From Chrysomallon squamiferum (Eukaryota > Animalia > Mollusca): a stretch of 64,000 bases of DNA. Below are positions 28,101 through 43,098 of this stretch, piece by piece. The position numbers were made by a program, and so were the translations under genes. How positions within the stretch are numbered: position 1 is the first letter of the stretch; each line of letters opens with the position of its first letter. The notes under the pieces are model-generated. The model was not told where the DNA came from and searched no databases. It saw only the letters and a program-made list of their open reading frames with translations. The stretch lies in contig CM022669.1 in assembly GCA_012295275.1 (NCBI GenBank), forward strand, positions 4,898,001-4,962,000, given 5' to 3'.

Positions 28101-29492
28101 ATACTTGACTTTAATAGCAATATTTTTAAAACAATTAACAAGTAGAACGACTTTTTTCAGATTATGATAATTATGATATTGATGAGTATGATAATGACGA
28201 TGATGACGATGATATTAATAATAACAGCAGCAACAGCAGCAGCATCAGTAGTAGTAGTAGTAGTAGTAGTTATAAAGCAAAAAGAAGCATTTCAATGCAA
28301 GTACAAACAAAACTGCAGTCATCGTTCCCCAGCCATTACAACAAATAAATTATCAAACGTTTTGCCTATTAAAATTGTAATTTGGTTCTCGTCTCGAGTT
28401 ACATTAACGTGTACAGTATTGAAGAGGCATGGGAACGGAAGATAATTCTGATCATAGGCTGAGGTAATGCAAAATACTATTATATGATTTGGTTTTAGGA
28501 GTAAAAAAAAATAAAAAGTAAAAAAGTAAAAAAGTAAATAAATAAATAAATAAAATAAAATAAATAAATAAAATAATAACGGATCAGGCGGACAGATTTA
28601 GGAAGAAAAGAAGAAAAAAACCCAACAATCGTCCGCTCAAAATAACAACAAAAAATAAAAAACCAGACAAAATGAAAGGAAGAAAAAAGAAAAAAAGCAA
28701 GAAGAAGGAAAGAAAGAAGAAGATGAAGGAAAGAAAGAACAACCAGGAGAAAAAAAAAAAAAAAACTACCCCGCTAAGAAAAAAAAACATTACATGTAAA
28801 AATAAATGCAGTCCAGCAAGTAACCAGATATGTAATTAAAATCTGGTTGCAGTGGGCGTTCATCTGACGTCGTCGTGGGTGATGCACCACGGGGAGAATT
28901 TCTCGACATCACAAATAACTTTATCCTATAGAGGCGAAAATAAATGAAGACGTCGCTTGAAAAAGTAACGAATCCTACCGCAACCCGATTAGCTTTCGTA
29001 ACATCTGAATGTCGTACTTCCTGTAGAATAAATAGATCTGTACTCATGGAAACGTCTGTACTTTGAATTTGTCAAACTGTTATTTGACCTGGCTTTGCTG
29101 TCGTAAATATATAGAATTTCTTTTTAAAAATAAACAAGAAAAAAAAAAAAACGAAAAAACACAAGGTTTTTTTTTTTTTTTTTTTTTGACTGGTACAAAA
29201 CTGATATTTACTGGAAGGAATATCGATCGAAAGCGTAACAGTTGAAAGAACATGGTACGGATCTGCAGCGGAGACGCTAAAAGCAGGTACACTCTCGCCA
29301 CGTGAGCAGAAAACACAATTTTCCGCTCCACTGAATTAAAATTTTCTTTTTCTGTCCGCGGTTTTGACACATCGGTTATAAGTTCGCAATCTGCAATTTT
29401 GACTAAACCTTCGTTCATAAAGAAAGTCTTTACGACCATCATTCTTTCTGTTCAATTTTCTTTTTGCTTCCGATGATGCAAATAATAATAAC

Positions 29493-29536
<44 letters not shown>

Positions 29537-29624
29537 GAAGAAGAAGAAGAAACACATAAATCAGTTTATTTTTTAAAATTATTAATTAATTAATTGATTT
29601 ATTATTTATTTATTCATGTATCTG

Positions 29625-29673
<49 letters not shown>

Positions 29674-29999
29674 TCCGTCATGTGGAGCGTAAAAGCGATA
29701 TTTCTACGACTTTGACAAGTGACAAAATTAATCTGCAATCTTGGACGGGTTCAATTAGTAAGAGAAACAAGCGAAGGACAGTTCTGACGTGTAACAACAA
29801 TTCTGCTGATTCCTTTCAAGATGAACTTGCAGAGCAGATGACACATCTCGAATTCTTCTTTTTCTTTGGGGAATGTAGCACAGAGATGAACCGATGTAAC
29901 TCATCATTCATGTCACATACTTTGTTTCTCTCAGATTCAGTAAAAAAATATTATCCGGTCTGTGTGGCAGAAACGTAATAAAAATTCTCCTTCAGACAG

Positions 30000-30250
30000 A
30001 TTGATGAACGAATGAGTACTGTGTTTAACAACGCTTCAATACGTTTCATATAAATCATACACACGTTTACATTTGCATGTAATTTTTTAAATTCTATAGT
30101 CACGCCGTTAAAAAAAAAGTGGCCATTTCCATCACCAGCAAGGATAGTTCATAAATATATTTCGTCAAGTAGGAGAATATATATCATAACCATTTGATAA
30201 ATTGATGATGGATAATTGGTTGGATCGTGAATTAGATTAACACAGATTTA
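30000..30250 (-). mobile_element. Decayed tRNA-derived SINE (Meta/MESC-core-like)
   Basis: CCAGCAAGGATAGTTCATA...AGGAGAATATATATCATAACCATTTGATAA...TTGGTTGGATCGTGAA is collinear with the 19.36-19.46 kb copy. Confidence 0.5.
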
Positions 30251-30806
30251 TCCAAAAGGCACGTATACATACGTACACACATACATCGTACATACATACA
30301 GATTTACACATGCGTATTCACGAGAGAAAAGAAGAGAAAGAAAAAGAAAACTCTTGTGTTTGTAAGTCTGTATACCTCTAAATATACGTAGAAAGAAGAT
30401 CTATAATCATATGTCCACTCCCTCAAAGCAATATTTATAATCGAATCATCTAAATTTGTCAAAGCTTTCTGTAACTGGTATCACATTATTCCTGGTTAAC
30501 TACGCGTAGAATGCCATACAGAGAAGTATCATCCGTCAAAATATCAGTTATCTGTATCTACGTTCTAATTAAGAAACATCTACATCATCTTTCTGTAGTC
30601 ATACAGTACGTGATCAGTTGATATGCATATATTTCGTTTTCTCAGAGGAGTGGGAAACGGTTTCTGTTCATCAGAAATACCAGTTCTGTTTGTGAAGAAT
30701 CTCGCTGTGGGACATTTCTAATGTTCCTATTTAGACCTGGATGAATATATTTCTTCTTGAAAATTTATCTGCTTTAGTGATTTACTCTAATCTGAGTTAT
30801 CCAATT

Positions 30807-30913
<107 letters not shown>

Positions 30914-31035
30914 TATTCCTACTTTAATCCTTCTTTGGACGTAAGTCATCAATCCTAAACCTTTTTTCCTCGTTCTTTCTTTCTCTCTTTTTTCATTCGC
31001 TCTTTCTCTCTTCCTATTTTGAACCTTTCTAAAAA

Positions 31036-31092
<57 letters not shown>

Positions 31093-31564
31093 TTCAAATT
31101 ATTATTCCTTCTTTCATTATATTTCTAGCTTTCTTTCTACTCGTTTCTTTCTTTCTTTTCTTCTTAACGGTTTTTAAAATTCTGAGGGCGGTTTAAGGAG
31201 GAGCTGCTTTCTCTGATGACACCTCGTTGATCACACAGCAAAAACGTCACATCCGCCCAATTTGAACTTCTTTGTTTTGGAAAGAGGCTGCAGAAAGACG
31301 AACGAGCTATCACAAGTGAGAAACCTGAAGGAAATATCATCTATCACTTCTACAAAAAAACAAGAATTTACTCCTTCTTTCTTTGTTTTTTCTTCTTCAT
31401 TCTTTTTTTAAAACAGTTTTTTTCTTGTTTTCTTTTCCTTTTTTTGAAAAAAAAAGTTTTTAGTCTGAGAATCTATTATATTTTTTTTTATGTGTTTCCA
31501 GGAACAAAAGGTAAAAGAAGACAGGACTCAAATAATATTATTTATTATTTTCAAGATGATTAGA

Positions 31565-31788
31565 TACCTACCTACCTACCTACACACTCATATACACATA
31601 TGTACATACATACGTACACACATACAAGATACATATACATACATACATATACATACATATATAGATACATACATACATATACATAAATACACACATACAC
31701 GCATACAATCATACACACATACATATATACATACAATCATACATACATAAACACACACATACACATACATATACACATAGACATACAT
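31565..31788. repeat. (ACAT)n degenerate microsatellite
   Basis: Direct reading. Confidence 0.9.
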
Positions 31789-32056
31789 CTTTTTCTAACT
31801 GGTTCCCTCGTCTTCCCTATGGGCCTAAAATAAAATTACTGCGTCCAAAAGTTTATAATAGCAGTTCATTATTTGTAGACAGCCCCGAAAACTAGCCCCG
31901 TGGAATGGTTCCGTGCTAGTGTGCCCGTACATGCAGAAATAATGATTTTTAAAAAGACTTTATGAATATTCGCTTTACACACATACAAACTCGACTAACA
32001 ACGTCTGGGTCAGGGTGACCTACCAGTTTTATCAAGTCAATATCAGCATTCGTTCA

Positions 32057-32148
32057 GACATACATAGATAGATAGGTAGATAGGTAGGTAGGTAGGTAGA
32101 TAGGTAGATAGATAGATAGGTAGGTAGATAGATAGATAGGTAGGTAGG

Positions 32149-32179
<31 letters not shown>

Positions 32180-32227
32180 GTAGGTAGATAGATAGATAGA
32201 TAGATAGATAGGTAGTAGGTAGATAGG

Positions 32228-32267
<40 letters not shown>

Positions 32268-32270
32268 GAG
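32057..32270. repeat. (AGAT/AGGT/AGAC)n tetranucleotide tract
   Basis: Direct reading. Confidence 0.93.
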
Positions 32271-32519
32271 GCAAACACACGTACAGACAAAGATATTTAA
32301 AAGATGAATGAAAAACTGATGTCTGCTACTATTGCTACTACAACAACGAATACTGCTGATGCTGCTACTACTATTACATCTGCCATTACCACTACTACTA
32401 CTCTCACTACTGCGACTAATATTATTACTACTGTTACTGCTCCAACTACAGCTAACAGTTGCTGCTATGGTTGCCTTACAAAAATGCAATATCACATATC
32501 GCATAAAATAATAAGAAGA

Positions 32520-32640
<121 letters not shown>

Positions 32641-32734
32641 AAAAGTCTTACACTTCACCTAATTCTTTAGGTTAGAAGCTGGGATCAAGAGGCGATCCCT
32701 GCACCACAAAGTCATCAGAAGTGAGTTACGTTAT

Positions 32735-33350
32735 CTTTACGTTATCTGAACTAACTTTCACCAAGCCTTATCTGAATCTGACGTTATTTGCGATTTAAGA
32801 AATTTCACCCAAGTCGCCCCTGAATCTCACGTTACTTGTAATCTAACATATTCACCAGTCACCCCTGAATCTCACGTTACTTGTAATCTAGCATTTTCAC
32901 CAGTCACCCCTGAATCTCACGTTACTTGTAATCTAGCATTTTCACCAGTCACCCCTGAATCTCACGTTACTTGTAATCTAACATTTTCACCAGTCACCCC
33001 TGAATCTCACGTTACTTGTAATCTAACATATTCACCAGTCACCCCTGAATCTCACGTTACTTGTAATCTAACATTTTCACCAGTCACCCCTTGAATCTCA
33101 CGTTACTGGCGATCTGAGAAAGTTCACCCAACACAGCCCCAAATCTGACGTTACTGGTGATTTAACATGTTCTCCATCTCACGTTGCGTGTAATCTAAAA
33201 AGAAATTTTCACCCAAGTCACAGCTAAACCTGACGTTACTTGTAATCTAGCATTTTCAACGGTTTTCCCTGAATCTGACGCATAAAACTGGTGATTTAAG
33301 AAACTTTCACCACGTCACCTCTGACTCTGACGTTTTTGGGGGTGATTTAA
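32735..33350. repeat. 45-bp minisatellite (TTCACCAGTCACCCCTGAATCTCACGTTACTTGTAATCTARCATW), ~6 near-perfect central copies with degenerate flanking copies
   Basis: TTCACCAGTC starts at 32851, 32896, 32941, 32986, 33031 and 33076. Confidence 0.96.
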
Positions 33351-33931
33351 GGAACAACGTAATGTTATAACAAATTGCACAATCTTCCAAGAAAGCCAGC
33401 TGATTTGCCGTTTTGTTACGTCGAATCATTCTCAATTCACGACTAACGTCAGATGGAGGGTAACTTTACTCGTGATTTTAGAACTGTTCCATACCATAAA
33501 GAGGCTAATAAGCCGTTATTTTTAGGACATTGTGCAATCCGTTATCACGTTACATTTTTCTAGGTTACTCAAAATTCAAATCACGTATCTGATTTTTTTT
33601 TTTTTTCTTTCTTTGTATTGCTCAAGACTTCTTGACTTTTCTGGCGCGAATGTGGATATTTTATTTAGCCTTTGGGAAAGGAAAAAAAATGAAGAATAAT
33701 TGTCTGGCGTGGATTTTTTTATTTTCTGTTGTTCGGAGATTTCTGTAACATTTATTGATGAGGCCAGAGAAATATTAAATGAAGCATAATTATATCTGTT
33801 CTCGTTCAAACAGATTAGAAAATATAATTTCCGTAGATGGAAATGGATTGAACTTTTTTTTTTTTTATCTTGTTCTCTATCTTCATCATCATCACCATTA
33901 GCGAAATCTAATTATTAGTCTTCAGAATCGT

Positions 33932-33935
<4 letters not shown>

Positions 33936-34017
<82 letters not shown>
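33936..34017. repeat. (AG)n microsatellite
   Basis: Perfect run. Confidence 0.98.
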
Positions 34018-34021
<4 letters not shown>

Positions 34022-34332
34022 AGAAGGGTAAGAAGAGGACAGAAACAGTCAAAAGGAAATAGTCTGAGGGAGAAAAAGAACAAAAATTGTGTAGGAAATA
34101 ATAGACTGGCGGAGTTCTAATTAAAAATATAAAAACTTTTCAGTAAATGCTGAAGTTACATAAAGAAAAAAAGAGAGAGATCAGTCAAATCTTCTGGGAA
34201 CGCTCTAATATGGAACAATTAGACTGACAAAATGAAAAAACAAAAACCTGAAAAACGGATTCACGTGTGAATTAGTGGATCTGTGTTAATAAGTCAGGCT
34301 AAAAAATAACTTGAAGAGCAGTAAAAAAAAAA

Positions 34333-34365
<33 letters not shown>

Positions 34366-37300
34366 GAGAGGACTTTAAACATTTTAATATTATTACAAAA
34401 ATGTGACAGACTTTAATATCCAGCTCTTAGCTAGCAGACAGCATTGTCCTGTCTGGATCCAAAGTCTGTATATTCAGGTCTGTGTGACCCGAAGTAAAAA
34501 CGACTAGGAATTATGACGCACCTAGAAACAAACAATCAATCGTTTATCAAAAAAGCATTATAAAATATTTTTTATTATTATTATTATTATCATTATTTCT
34601 GCACTGAAAAAATAAATGAAAAACGTAGCACATAGATCTTAATACGTCTTCATCGAACCATTACCAACGAAATAAGATAGTTTTTAAAAAAGACCCAGAC
34701 AGCAAATGTATCGCATTATTAAACATGGAAGCAACATTATCACGTAACAATAATAAAAATATTGATAATCTGAAAATGTGAGTAGCTAAATCGATAATTA
34801 CTGATTATAATTGCCGAATATGGATCTGCGACTAAGATTAACTGTAGCGTTCGTTATTCTTTCAAAATCGCTTTAAGCTGGAACAGGGTAGAACGGTAAG
34901 TAAATATATTTTCTGACATATTTTTCAAACGGGTAAATGGATATACGGAAACTTGGAAGAAAGAATAAAAGGAAGGAAGGAAGACTGGAATGTTTAATGA
35001 CAACTGGATAAATAAAAAATGTACTGATGATACGCCTATGAGTCACAAAAAATATATATATATAACCTACGCGTCAAAAATATTATTTTTTAAAAAGTGT
35101 CTCAAAAACAATTCCCCAAACAAAATAGAGAAAACAAGGACAACAATCATTTAAAAATAATAATAATAACAAAATAACATATCTCTCTATCTCTATGTCT
35201 GTTATGTATCATTCTATCTATATGTCTGTCTGTCTGTCAGTCTATCTCTTTATTTATTTACATGTATTAATTAACAACAAATTCTTAATCAAAGTAAAAA
35301 TAAATTCATATTATTTCAAGGAAAGACAGACATATAAATTATACACTTTTATCTAATAAAATATTCATTAACCAATTTTCTAATAAGATTTACCCCCAAT
35401 ATGTTTTGGGTCTGTGATCCATTCTGTCTGAAAAATTATCTGCTTTAGTATTTTAATTAATAACAGAGACAGTAACATACTTAATATAATGTTGCGATTC
35501 CAGTATATATACCAGGTCTCTCGTTTTATGATCAAAACTGTAAAATAAAGAAAAGAGTGAAAAAGATGGGTAAATTTTCACATTCTAGACGGTGCTCGCT
35601 GTTACGAGAGGTGAGACGTCATGTTTGGAACAGATAAATCATGGAAGCTGAGTTTTTGCTAAGACGATTTTAGTGTCTGTTTTACTGTTAGAAAGAAGAA
35701 AAGAAGCTGCTGTGGACATTTACCTAAACAATCAGCTGTTGTGGACGCTGATGTTGCTAGATTTGATCTCTCTAACTACCACCTTTAAGACTGGCTGCTT
35801 AACCACTACGTTACCTAGTTATTTCTTTTCAAACTATTGCAGCGTCACTGACGCAGTCGTTCGTTATCACAAAGATTTTTTTTTTAATATGTCTGATATT
35901 TTCTTCCCCAGATAATTTCATTCACTGCTGGGTGAACAGATCACTAATTTAACAAACAACATGGTAAAATCGACTAACAGGTTGACGACAACAGCTCAGC
36001 TGTCCTCGACGTCACAGAGATCGTAACTACGTGTTTTGTGTCCGTACGTATCGGCTCGATTGTTGACGCAGGAGAAATAATTACTTTCAGTACAAAGAGG
36101 TTCGATTAATCAATCGGAGGTAAAGATTTTTATAATGAACACATTTCTTTAATGTACAAAATGTCATTTTTGTCGTCGTTTCCTTCATGCGTCAGCTCTG
36201 ATGACATCGGTTTTTGCGCTCAGAAGCTTGGTAACGTTAAAATGGAATAGCGCTAATAACACACTTCTTAAAGAAGACAGCATAAAAATGTTATCGACGA
36301 GTTTTAATTTTTGTTAGCTGTATTACGTGAGTACTTCAGCTCACTAACAGAAGTGTGTCTTGAGAGTACTTTTATTAATGTGTATAAAATACTTTCACTA
36401 ATAATTATATAAATAAGGTATATATAAATTTGATAATTTGATTCAGCTAATTAAGATTAGTTTCGGTTTGAAAGTAGAGAATGACAGATGGTGAGAGTGA
36501 GAGAGAGATACAGAGAGAGAGAGAGAAATAATGCAGACAGAAAGATAAAAAAATTAAACAGATGTGTAAGTTAACTTCTTATATAAACATTAACAAAATA
36601 GTAGTAATAATGTAAGGGAAACAACTCTATTTTCTTTCATTTTCTTTTAACGAACCATACCAAAAACATTAAAGCAGCATTATTTCAAACCTTTATGAAA
36701 ACTAAACAAAGGGATAACATTTTAAGAAATAAAATAAACACTTGAAAAAATTCTTCAGCAATAATTCAAAATCAAATCAAATCAAGTTAAATAAATTATA
36801 ATCCAAATTATAGAAGAAAAAAAGAAGCAGAGATCGGGAATAGGAAAAGGGAGACAACTCTAGTTACATAAAAAATCGTGTGATAGAGTTTCTTTTGATC
36901 GATCCGAGCTTGAACTGAAGTTGACAAAAGGTATTCATCATACCTACAGAAAGCAAACAAATATGTAATGATGTCAGGATTATTAACATGACTTGTTTGC
37001 CGAGTACACAAATAATTTTGTGGATCTAAAGACGGTTTAACAATTCCACTGATGGTTAAAAGTCTGATTACAGGACATACGTTTAGATGAAAGCAATGAA
37101 AAAAAATAAAAATAAAATAATAATAATAATAATAAAGGAAAATAAAACATAGGCGTGTATCAAAACGTGTATTATAGATTTTTAGATTTTTGTTTTTTCC
37201 TCTCTGGGTTATAGATTTCGGAGAGAAAAACAGAATTATAAAAAGTAAAATAATGAATGAATAAATAAATAAACAAGCAAACAACAAATAATTAAGCAAC

Positions 37301-38623
37301 AAACAAACAAACAAACAAATAGACCAATCCAAACCTCCTACAGAAAAAACAGAAAGGAAAATGTGATTAAAATAATGATGATAATAACAATAATAACAAT
37401 AATAACAATAATAATAATAATAATAATAAATAATTTTCTATGTATATCTTTGTTTATATAATGTTTTTATTTAAAAAAAAAATTGTGCATTATATATACA
37501 CTAATTTCAATATCTGTCATTATCTCTGTGATTTTTTATTTTATTAATCTTTTTTTCTTTTTTTTTTTTTTTTTTTTTGTTTTTTTTTTTTTTTTCTGCT
37601 ATTTCTTCCTTTCTTTCTTTTTTTTTTTTTTTTCTTTTCCTGTATCTAAATGAATATCTGATGCTAGCTAGGTAGGCTTGTGATTTATTTTGTTGTCGGT
37701 TTTTAATGTGTGTGAATTTCTCATTCTCTTTTTATATATACAATAACGAATGTTTTTGTGTTTGCTTTGTTTGATCCCTGTATACTTTTATTTACATAAC
37801 CAGGCTTCATAATACTAATTAAAGAAAAAACAACGTACGTGGTGTGTATTTTGGTTCATCAGAAACCATACTGAAACTGACAATCCAATTTTTCATGTTC
37901 TTGAAATACCTATTAAGCAGAAAAACGCCAACCTACTGATAGTCACGTAATTACGTCTACTAACGTAATAACGTTCGTAAATTTCTTGTTTCAGCGCCCA
38001 AGTCTACGTAATATATACAAGTATTTGGCGTAGATCGTCAGCAAGGGATTCGACATGACCTTCAAATCCAGGCTCGTTCCTGGGGGTGGGGAGGAGCTCA
38101 GTCAGCAGATTTGTAAAAACATACTGCACTGGAATCATTTATATTTCAATATCTATGAATAATTCCTTAATATTAAATTACATAAAACAATAGGCCACTG
38201 AATGTCATATTCCACCCGACACCGTGTCATTTTATTAAAACAAAATTAGAAACTTGGCGTTGGCGAAGGGGTGACTTGAGAGTCGTATTAACAAAATCAT
38301 AGAACCGCTCCCGGTAATATTCATATGTGGACAACACTGTTACTTACGACAATGAATAAACCATGATGAACTGTGATCTGCACGCAAATGTTACGCCTAA
38401 CTAATTAGGAGAGCGACGAAATGCTTTGATTGTAAGATGGGAGAGTTTTAAACGTCGTAATCGAAATGAAGAGTCTGGGAGAAAACCCTGCGTGTTTGCG
38501 TACAGGCTCACAGACATTGACGTACTAAATGCGTAGCAGAAGTTTTCTCTTGTTCAATAAATAAATATTCTTGTCTTATATCTCTATGTTATTTTAAGGG
38601 TATTCATTTAGAATGATGTATAG

Positions 38624-38757
<134 letters not shown>

Positions 38758-39579
38758 CACTGGTCTTTTTTCTTCGTGTTTGTATCTATATACTTTTATG
38801 TGTATTACCAATTCTGTAATTATGATTCAACATCAACAAAAAGATTAATAATAATAATGATGATTAAAATATTCTATATTTCTCAGAAGATTCAGATCTT
38901 ATATTTACCCTGCAAACCACAGAAACAGAGAGAGAGGAAAAAAAAAAAATTATAAAAATAACCAAGTATTCTTTAATCATCATAGCAACAATATTTTGTT
39001 ACATTCTCTCTGCCAGCGATCGCATATTCATTGCGATGTTTACGTAACGACATATGCATACTAATAATAAAAAAAAAATACATCCAGAAACGTCGACATG
39101 TACTTGAATCACGACGTCTGTAAGACTGGGGATAATAAAGTCATCAACAACAGCTTTGCCCAGTCCTGTATTCGTCAAGAAACAATGAATTCATTTTCTC
39201 AGCGGCATCCAGCGTTTTGTTGCCATAGCTCTGAGACCGTTCATTACAGAGCAGACGTCTGTGCTGTAATTAGTGGCCAAGGTAAAAGTGGTGCTGGATA
39301 AAAGGCTGGCTGATTTCTCAAAGAGCCACGTGTGTGTACAGTCAGCAATCAGTAGCTAATTATTGTTTGTTAGTCAGCTAACTTAACGCAAACAGACAGA
39401 GAGACAATACGAGTAAATTGCCAGCACAACAGAGGAATAGATAAAACACACAGACGTGAGCTGCATTGAGAAATCGCAACTTAAAAGTGTTCGGTCTATA
39501 TATGTTCCTTTGTATGTTCACTGTCTCGCTCTTTCATTATCTTTTAATCTATTACTCTATATTTATCTGTTGGCGTTTT

Positions 39580-39701
<122 letters not shown>

Positions 39702-40269
39702 TATATGCATCCATTCATCCATTTATTCATCTAATGTATGTATATATTTGTATGTGTATCGGCCTATCTATACCTCTATCAGTGCATAACACAGACGAAT
39801 AGAGATAATGACACATTTTTAAATAAGTTATATAAGGAAGACAGTTATTAATTGATCTTATTTTTTTATTTTTTTTTTTGTCATAAATTTATATAGCTGT
39901 CTATTCTCTACTCAAGAAAACACTTATGATATTAAAATGATAACTGTAGATGTCTGACGTAACACTGGGTTAATTCAGTTTGACTGCTGGGATGGTCTGT
40001 CAGTTGTTAATGTATGTACATGAGTGTCTAAGTGCGGTATGTTCTAATCTAATATTTAACTCGTAATCGATTAGACTCCAAGAGAAACTTAGCTAATATA
40101 ACTACACTGTAACATCCTCTGTAATGTCACTCGAAGGACACTTCACTCTCCGTGGAACAATTTTGTCATCACGTGTTACAGTTAGTTCTGATGTAACTGG
40201 GAACATGATGCTCTCTTTGTGATTGTGTAATAGCGATAAATTACTATGATGACACTGACGATTTCTATA

Positions 40270-40369
40270 CCTACGTATATTCGCATATGCATATATATAT
40301 ACAAATATACATACATATACACCCATATATACATAGATACATACATACGTACGTACATACATACATACA

Positions 40370-40402
<33 letters not shown>

Positions 40403-40620
40403 GCACAGACACACACACACACACACACATACATACATACATTCATACATATATGCATACGCACGTACGTACATGTATACAGAGAGAGGGATAGACAGAG
40501 AAACGGTTGGAGAGACAGAAAGAAATTACATATTAATAATAATGATGTGGAAAAAGTGAGATATGTACACACACACACACACATCTCACACACACACATA
40601 CACATACATAAATGCACACG
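40270..40620. repeat. (ACAT)n/(AC)n compound tract
   Basis: Direct reading. Confidence 0.9.
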
Positions 40621-41246
40621 ACAGTTTAATTTGAATAATTAATTCAGTTTCTCAGAAAAACAAGATATTTGGTTCAACTCTTCACAGTTATTGCTTTTCA
40701 CTAACCATCTCCCACGAACGGGTCACGGAAGCAAAATATAAAATAATTTGCATTCACAAATGTATTATCAGACAAAAATTCCATCACGGGTAGTAAAAGT
40801 TGATGTAACACCGCCAGACGTAACTGGCAGCTGAACACGCCTTTTCGTTGGTCTCTCAAACAAACACGCCACCACATGGTCAGCCGGTGCTAGGCTCCTC
40901 TGATCCATTAACCAAATTATCCCTCTTATGTCGAGACAAAAATTCAGCGGACGGTTAAGTGGTGTTTCACGAGCAAGCAAACGGAGCGGCCTATCAGTAA
41001 TCTGGACACTGTCATTCTTTAACGAAACCGATACTTAAATACACCAGTCATCCGTATGCGAAACTAAACTGTATTTAGAAAGTTTGTTGGAAAAACTACG
41101 GGAAAGTAGTCTGCGCATGCTCATAATGGTTTGAATAAACTATTTTTAGAAGTGTCTAGATACGGAAGGTTTCCTAATTTTTAAATCTAATCTGGTAGGT
41201 TTTAGTAAAAAAAATATTTCAAATAAATTTAAATACCAAAGCGTAG

Positions 41247-41309
41247 AGCGATCAAACTTTACTAACAATAAAATGCATAGCGATCAAACTTTACTAACAA
41301 TAAAATGCA
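41247..41309. repeat. 32-bp tandem duplication
   Basis: AGCGATCAAACTTTACTAACAATAAAATGCA occurs at 41247 and 41279. Confidence 0.93.
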
Positions 41310-41814
41310 GCAGTAAGATAATAATCTTGAACAATGGCATACAGTATGATATTTTCCGTTTATCGTGAAGTCATTTTGTATCTCATTATAAGCATCATAT
41401 AACAACAGACTTTGGCAAAAAAAAAAAAAAAAAAATTCGATTAAATCTTTATTGACAGAAATACAAAACAAGCCAACGACAACAACCACATCAACAAAAC
41501 ATATTTTATACTACTGAAAATGAAACGAATGATTCTTGCTTTCCTCGTGCCGATTTATTCAAGTCGTATATCTCGAAGAACAACGCGAGAAAAGCGTTCG
41601 CTTGCATTTGCCCCGTTATTACTGTGTACACGTAAGAAATGCGCCGTTATTCACTTAAACCATCGTTTATTAGATCCAGTTAACGTACAACAGAGCCGCT
41701 GAAATATGCTGAACGATATCAAGTGTGTTTCCCAACATTTTCATTGTTCTGTATTGATCTATGAATATTGCTTTTTTTTTTTTCTTAAAGCGCATGGAGC
41801 GCCATAATGGCGAG

Positions 41815-41965
41815 GGTACCAGTGGTTTGGGATGTATCGCTGCGGGACTGCTTCCGCCAGTCACGACGAAGGTCGTGGGATCGATTCATGCCGATGATCT
41901 TTTGGGATTATTCTCTTTCCCAGCCTGCGAGCCATATTAGATATATCAGTGATAGTGTCTGTTAG
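41815..41965 (+). mobile_element. Decayed tRNA-derived SINE head and start of body
   Basis: A-box-like CCAGTGGTT near 41820 and B-box-like GGTCGTGGGATCGATTC at 41871-41887, followed by TTGGGATTATTCTCTTTCCCAGCC. Its reverse complement aligns loosely with 19.44-19.50 kb. Confidence 0.55.
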
Positions 41966-42830
41966 GCTTGTTGTTTTTTAAAGTATTGTTTTGTAATTGC
42001 TAAAGACAACCTGTACAGTTCCTAGCATTTTCTGTCTCATACCAATTAGACCCAGTAGTGCTTGATGGATTTGAAATAAAGATTTCTTTTTCTAAAAGTT
42101 GCTGAATCATACATTTTTCACTGTACGTCATCAAATGTTATAGATTCGGGGTATGTGTGCATGTCTGTGAGTGTGTGTGTTTGTGAGAGAGAGAGAGAGA
42201 GAGAAAGAGTATTTTGTATGAGAGAAAAAGTGTGTGTGTGTGTGTGTGTGTAAATGTCATATTTTTATAATTATTAATTTGTTTACCTATCCTTTATTTT
42301 CAGTTAAGCAGTTAAAAAACAAAATTTAAAAAGCCATTCATAAGTTAATTCGGTTTTCGCCTGTAAGTGATTATCGACTTGTGAAAGATGCATCCCAGAA
42401 GTAAATATTTAACTTTGCCAATAAAGAGGCGGTCAAGGTAGACAACCATCCGGAAGTACACGGAAAATTCATTTTACGCCAATTGCTGGGTATATTGACC
42501 TTGTAAACCAAAAGCTGTACAAGATCTTCGATTCGTTCGTGGAAATACTTTATTTTATTCCATTATACAATTTGTTGTTTGACCAAATTGTTTCGTTTTC
42601 TTGAATACACATTATACATTTTTTATTTTAAATTCGTTTTCTGTTTTGAATCGTTGACATGCATTTATGGGTTAATGGTTCAATAACGTTGTCTTGGCTA
42701 CATCAGGGACACATTTTTAATGTATTAGCAGTATATAACTGAGTGCCAGTTTCTGAGTTATTTACTGTTTCGTAATCGAGGGGGGGGAGAGAGAGACAGA
42801 GAAAGACAAAGTTAGAGAAATAGAGAGAGA

Positions 42831-43098
<268 letters not shown>

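Noticed and set aside
32804-33110. CRISPR-like array
   Set aside because: Head-to-tail repeats with no unique spacers, no cas genes, and a eukaryotic context.
38080-38112. tRNA/SINE head-like GGGGTGGGGAGGAGCTCAGTCAG
   Set aside because: Only an A-box-like fragment, with no downstream B box or body and no cloverleaf.
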